Shown here: positions 59,148-64,000 of the stretch, piece by piece
Layout of the letters: every line of letters begins with the position of its first letter
Position numbering within the stretch: the stretch's first letter is position 1
Source: Chrysomallon squamiferum
Taxonomy: Eukaryota; Animalia; Mollusca
Assembly (NCBI GenBank): GCA_012295275.1
Contig: CM022668.1
Location: 15,438,001 to 15,502,000 of the forward strand
Length of the DNA stretch: 64,000 nt
Reading direction: 5' to 3'
Translations under genes and position numbers: made by a program
The notes under the pieces: generated by a model
Seen by the model: the letters and a program-made list of their open reading frames with translations, nothing else
Database searches by the model: none
Told to the model about the DNA's origin: nothing

Positions 59148-59548
59148 AGAAGATTAACAAATTCATCAACGTAACTATAATAAACCATTATATACAAATA
59201 CTGACAAGATCTAACTATGTCAGGAACTTTTTCTTTCTTTTTTTATTCTTAGATAATTAAATAATTCTATTGTCCAGAAAAGGAACAGAAACAAAGTCTC
59301 ACCTAGTCGGTCATTGACCTTCTGCATGTCTGTGTGAAAAGTTATTTTTGTATCGAACTCTATTACGGTAAATGTTAACCAGACTCTCAGTAAGATCTTT
59401 ACTAAATTTGTCCTCGTCTTTATCCAGATAATATTAAGTTTTAAGATTCTAGAATATTTTTAGGTTATTCATTTGAAAAAGGAAAGAGATTTATTATTTA
59501 TAATTAATTATTTTTAGATATATTAATAAACTTACTTAGATCAAATAA

Positions 59549-59595
<47 letters not shown>

Positions 59596-60249
59596 CTTCT
59601 CTCTCTCTCTCTCTTTTCTTTTTCGCCTTCTTTTTACTTATGTTTTAACATCCTTTGTTATATAATTTGGTAGATGAATGTAAGTACTAGAAAATGAGTG
59701 AAACATTAGAAATGAAAATAATTATTATATGAATTAAAATTAGAACTAAAACTGGAAAATAGCTCAAAGTTCTTAACATTCAGAACAAAATAAATATCGA
59801 AGAAATCAATTTTATGGCATCTTGTGGATGAAACAGGTTTCTCTCTCGTAAACTGAATTCGTATGCATGCAGATTATTTTAATATATATATTTTCTAAAG
59901 ACAAACTGCTAATTCAGTTACTTGTTTGAGTTATTTCAGTATGGATCAGAATAAACGATATGAAGCTCTAAATGTTTTGGAGGAAATTAACATAGTGAGA
60001 GGCCCAATGTAGGTTGGTAAATATTTTATATTTAAATAAAGGGCAATAAGAATAAGTTTAAAATTTAATTTTTAAACTAACAAAAAAAGATAGAAATAAT
60101 TATATATAATGAAGACATTAAATTTTATTTACAGGTTAAAAAATATTTGATTAAAAAATAACATCCCAAAATGGTCCATCGTTTGAGTGTGAGGTTCTTT
60201 TTTAACTCCTTATACAGAAGAGTTGAATATTGCAGAAGACAAAAACAAA

Positions 60250-60345
60250 ATGAAATTGCCGGTTGTTCGTTGCTTATGGCGTTCTTTGACTGCCATAAAA
60301 CCAGCAAAAGCACGTTCTGTATTCTGCTTAAGGAACATATCAAAC
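60250..60345 (+). CDS. NUBPL: NUBPL/Ind1 first coding exon: mitochondrial presequence MKLPVVRCLWRSLTAIKPAKARSVFCLRNISN
   Basis: aaaATG start, then 32 codons rich in R/K/S/L with no acidic residues. Phase-0 donor AAC|gtaaga joins the next exon in frame. Acceptor candidates lie upstream at 60134 and 60217. Confidence 0.75.
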
Positions 60346-60390
60346 GTAAGAGGAACGCAATTTGCAAAACATACAGTGTTATTAACGTTT

Positions 60391-60463
<73 letters not shown>

Positions 60464-60658
60464 ATTATGCAGTTGTCTTTCTTTTATTAAACTTTTTATT
60501 TTATTCTTTTACACCCATAAGATATTTATTTATTTATTTATTTATTCATTTATTTATTTATTTATAAATTTTATATACATACATTTTATATTATTTATTT
60601 ATTTATTTATATATTTATATATTTATTTACTGATTGATTTATTTCCCCCCCCCACCAG

Positions 60659-60809
60659 GCCAGTGATGATCAAAAACGAAAATCCATGGAAGAACATCAG
60701 AAGGAAATGATGGCTCGTGGATTGCCGAAGCGTAGACCAATTCCTGGTGTAAAACACATAATTGTTGTAGCATCTGGTAAAGGAGGCGTTGGAAAATCAA
60801 CAACAGCAG
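60659..60809 (+). CDS. NUBPL: NUBPL exon with deviant Walker A ([50 protein letters not shown])
   Basis: ccaccag| acceptor and G|gtaaac donor. GKGGVGKST is the Mrp/NBP35 motif, and MARGLPK..PI.GVK is typical of NUBPL. Confidence 0.95.
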
Positions 60810-61181
60810 GTAAACACACACATATTTCTTCTGTTTTAATTATTTATTTATCATCATCATCATCATCATTATTACTATTATTATTATTATTAATATTATT
60901 TGTTGAGGTTGTTATCTTTTCATAATGATGCTACCATATTTTAAGTTGATTATTTTAAAAGACATATATATATTTAGATATTATATTTTATATTTAAATA
61001 CAGTTCAAATAAGAGTTAGTAAGTTGGACTAGTGTTTTTATTACAAACATAATCATAAAACTCAGTGTGGTTATAAATTCCTTTTTTGATACATTTGAAT
61101 GTGGTATGAAATGTTTTCATTCAAATCTTCAATAATATTTGTTTTTCATTGGTCTTGAATAATTTTTTTTTTTCTTTTCAG

Positions 61182-61216
61182 TTAACCTGGCTCTTGGTAT
61201 TGCAGCAAATGAACCA
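61182..61216 (+). CDS. NUBPL: NUBPL 35-nt exon (VNLALGIAANEP)
   Basis: ttttcag| acceptor and |gtaagt donor; frame is continuous with the flanking exons. Confidence 0.93.
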
Positions 61217-61715
61217 GTAAGTTGTGGTTGTTGTGGTTGTGGTTGTTGTTGTTGTTGTTTCATGTTTTTTTTTATTAAATTATTTTATTTATATTTTGTA
61301 TTAGAATTAACTGATATTTTCTAGATGTACTTAACAATTAAAGTAAAAGAATATAATTATACTTCAACAAATCTTTGCTATTTTGTAGATAGATTGTGAA
61401 GAGTCATATTTTAATCATGTTCATCAGTCACAATGATATTATAGCATCACCACTGATCATCAGACAGATAATATCAAAGCTGCCTTATAAACAGAACACA
61501 AACTGAGATTAAAATTAGTATTAAAATGATTTTGCAAATGTTTCAAAGAAAGAAATATTTTATGAAATAACTACGAGTTTAATATTAAATTTTTATTTTA
61601 TAGTACATCTTTTAATATCTAGAAATAATTTATTTTATATTCAAAATGTGTTGATATATAATTATTTGAAGAACTTTAATAGTGAATTTTACTTTAATAA
61701 AAATTTCTTTTCTAG

Positions 61716-61806
61716 AGTAAACAAGTTGGTTTGCTGGATGCAGATGTTTTTGGTCCTTCAATTCCTAGAATGATGAACTTGTCAGACAAACCCAAACTTT
61801 CACCAG
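61716..61806 (+). CDS. NUBPL: NUBPL 91-nt exon ([30 protein letters not shown])
   Basis: tttctag| acceptor and a weak CAG|gttttt donor; contains the GLLDADxxGPSIP Mrp motif. Confidence 0.95.
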
Positions 61807-62550
61807 GTTTTTAAACCATACATAATAATTTAGTAATGTTTAATTTAACTATATTGTATTCCTATTTATAGTCATTCTCTTTTTAAACTGTTATCTTTTC
61901 TTAAATGACCTTTGAAGAAATAGTGTAAATGTATTCTGAATATTTTCAAATTATGCTTTATTTATTTATTTATTTTATTTATCTAATCCTATCTTAATTA
62001 ATAATAAAATATAAGAACAAGAGAGTGCATTTTAAAAACAATAAAATAACAACAAAATTAAAAACTTGGAAATATAAATAATTTTATTTAATCTTTTATT
62101 CATATTACCATTGGTACACTTTAAACTGTTAATTGAAGAAATACTTTTTCTTTAATTGCCAATATAAAGTATTTCTATACTTACAATACCATCGTTCATT
62201 TGATTCCATTTTTATGAAAGTAACAACATGAAAACTACAAATTACAAATGATAAATTGTCAGACACTGTATGTCAGATTTTATAATTATAATATTTAAGG
62301 AGATGCAGACTGTGCTGTTAAAATAAATTCAACACATTTAACTGATCATATAGCCCCAAGACTAAATGTATGCATGATTCAAAGTACCAGAGATTTTATT
62401 TTCTAGTATAAACATCATTGTTAGCACAACCTTTACATCTTTTGACTTTTGTTTGAATAATGGAATTTTGAGATATTTATATATCTTTATATATAGTCTT
62501 TATGGATGTAAATAAAATAATGATATTCTAATTATTATTTTTGTTTCCAG

Positions 62551-62590
62551 AAAATCTCTTGATTCCACTTGTTAACTATGGGATAAAATG
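62551..62590 (+). CDS. NUBPL: NUBPL 40-nt exon (ENLLIPLVNYGIKC)
   Basis: tttccag| acceptor and |gtgagt donor; in frame. Confidence 0.93.
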
Positions 62591-62928
62591 GTGAGTTTAA
62601 AAAAAAAATTAAAAATTTTTTAATAAAAGAAATCAATTAATTTACACAGCAAAATATATAATTTTTATATATGTTTTTGATGCTGAATACCTTTAACATA
62701 TATTCCTATCATACACTTTATAACAGCACTGGCAAAGAACTAGTGTTTTAAACAACATTTCATAAAAAGATAAAAACAGAAGACAAACAGATTAGTATTT
62801 TCTGCCTCCAGTGAATTTCTCAACCCCTCCCAAACGTTTTAATATATTATTTAAAAATTTCTTGATGGTCTAAAAGGAAATATTTTTGAATTCATTAAGT
62901 TTTAAAAAGTCTTAATTACTGTTTACAG

Positions 62929-63019
62929 TATGTCGATAGGATTTTTGGTTGAAGAAAATGCAGCCATTGTTTGGCGTGGCCCAATGGTTATGTCAGCGGT
63001 AGAGAAATTACTCAGACAA
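62929..63019 (+). CDS. NUBPL: NUBPL 91-nt exon ([30 protein letters not shown])
   Basis: tttacag| acceptor and |gtaagt donor; contains the MSxGF and WRGPM family motifs. Confidence 0.96.
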
Positions 63020-63432
63020 GTAAGTATTCTCTAATAACTAACTTCATTTTCATGAAAAATAAGTAAAATACTAATAATTATGCTGAATATTTATTTACTT
63101 TTTTTTCTCTTTTTATTTTTAATTTTTTTTCCACTTTTCATATGTTTTGGTCCCATCTTGAAAATTTCTTTCCTGATCATTTTGATATGTAGATTTATAT
63201 TATTTCTGTATTTATCAAATTTATTTTAAAATAAATTCTATACAAAATTTTATAAATCAAGTTTTGCAAAATGCTCTGGTTAGTAAAAGTGGTATGACAA
63301 TTACAGACCACTGCACTGCAATAAAATGGATACAAATTTCTTATAATTTAATTTTAAAAGATGTATTTATAATAATATCGTGCCTGTACTGTTGTTATAA
63401 CTAACTGTTATATGTAAATGAGTTCGTTTCAG

Positions 63433-63526
63433 GTAGCGTGGAGTCCTGTAGATTATCTAGTTATTGATATGCCACCAGGGACAGGCGATACACAGTTGTC
63501 TATCTCTCAGAATGTGCCAATATCAG
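63433..63526 (+). CDS. NUBPL: NUBPL 94-nt exon ([31 protein letters not shown])
   Basis: tttcag| acceptor; carries the Mrp signature [13 protein letters not shown]. Frame continuity requires the GC donor CAG|gcaggt. Confidence 0.94.
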
Positions 63527-63679
63527 GCAGGTCAAAAAAAAATAAATAAATAAATAAATAAATAAGTGAATGAGGGAGTGAGTGAGCGAGTGAGCAAACG
63601 AACAAACGAATGAACGAACAAATAAGCAAACAAATTAACAAACAAACAACAAATAAATTAATTAATTAATTAAGAATAC

Positions 63680-63713
<34 letters not shown>

Positions 63714-63901
63714 TTAATAACAGTTGTATAAAAACTTATAATTATAAAATAAAATGATATTGCTTTTTGTATTTACTTATTTTATTTATTTATACTTTAC
63801 TAATACATACATACATATATATAGATAGATAGATAGATAGATAGATATATAGATATAGATATAGATATGTTATTGTGTTTGTTTTTCGTGTGGTTTTCAA
63901 G

Positions 63902-64000
63902 GTTCTGTGATAGTCACAACACCTCAGGACATTGCTCTGCTGGATGCTCGGCGAGGTGCTGACATGTTCAGAAAAGTGGATGTTCCAGTCCTCGGCATTG
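63902..64000 (+). CDS. NUBPL: NUBPL exon ([33 protein letters not shown]...), truncated by the window edge
   Basis: ttttcaag| acceptor; contains the VTTPQ motif; the frame stays open to position 64000. Confidence 0.94.

Overview
Eukaryotic (animal) genomic DNA. It is very AT-rich and dense in microsatellites; spliceosomal introns and a degenerate Meta/MESC-like SINE point to a lophotrochozoan, probably a gastropod mollusc (inference). Two protein-coding genes are supportable, both on the + strand. (1) An innexin (invertebrate gap-junction/hemichannel subunit) whose body is one GC-rich exon, 43048-44266. That exon begins after a phase-2 acceptor and carries only the G of its start codon. At least three upstream exons in separate CpG-rich, promoter-like islands end in AT|GT (21228, 29519, 34146), so splicing would assemble the ATG and choose the N-terminus. 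(2) The 5' part of NUBPL/Ind1, the mitochondrial P-loop Fe-S assembly factor for complex I: 8 coding exons from 60250 to the window edge, including a GC-AG intron. The left part has candidate first exons of a divergent minus-strand gene whose body lies outside the window. The rest is introns or intergenic DNA with microsatellites, minisatellites, SINE remnants and a 70-bp inverted-repeat pair. Nearly all ORFs in the supplied track are microsatellite or GC3-shadow artefacts. All splice models are read from sequence only and need RNA evidence.
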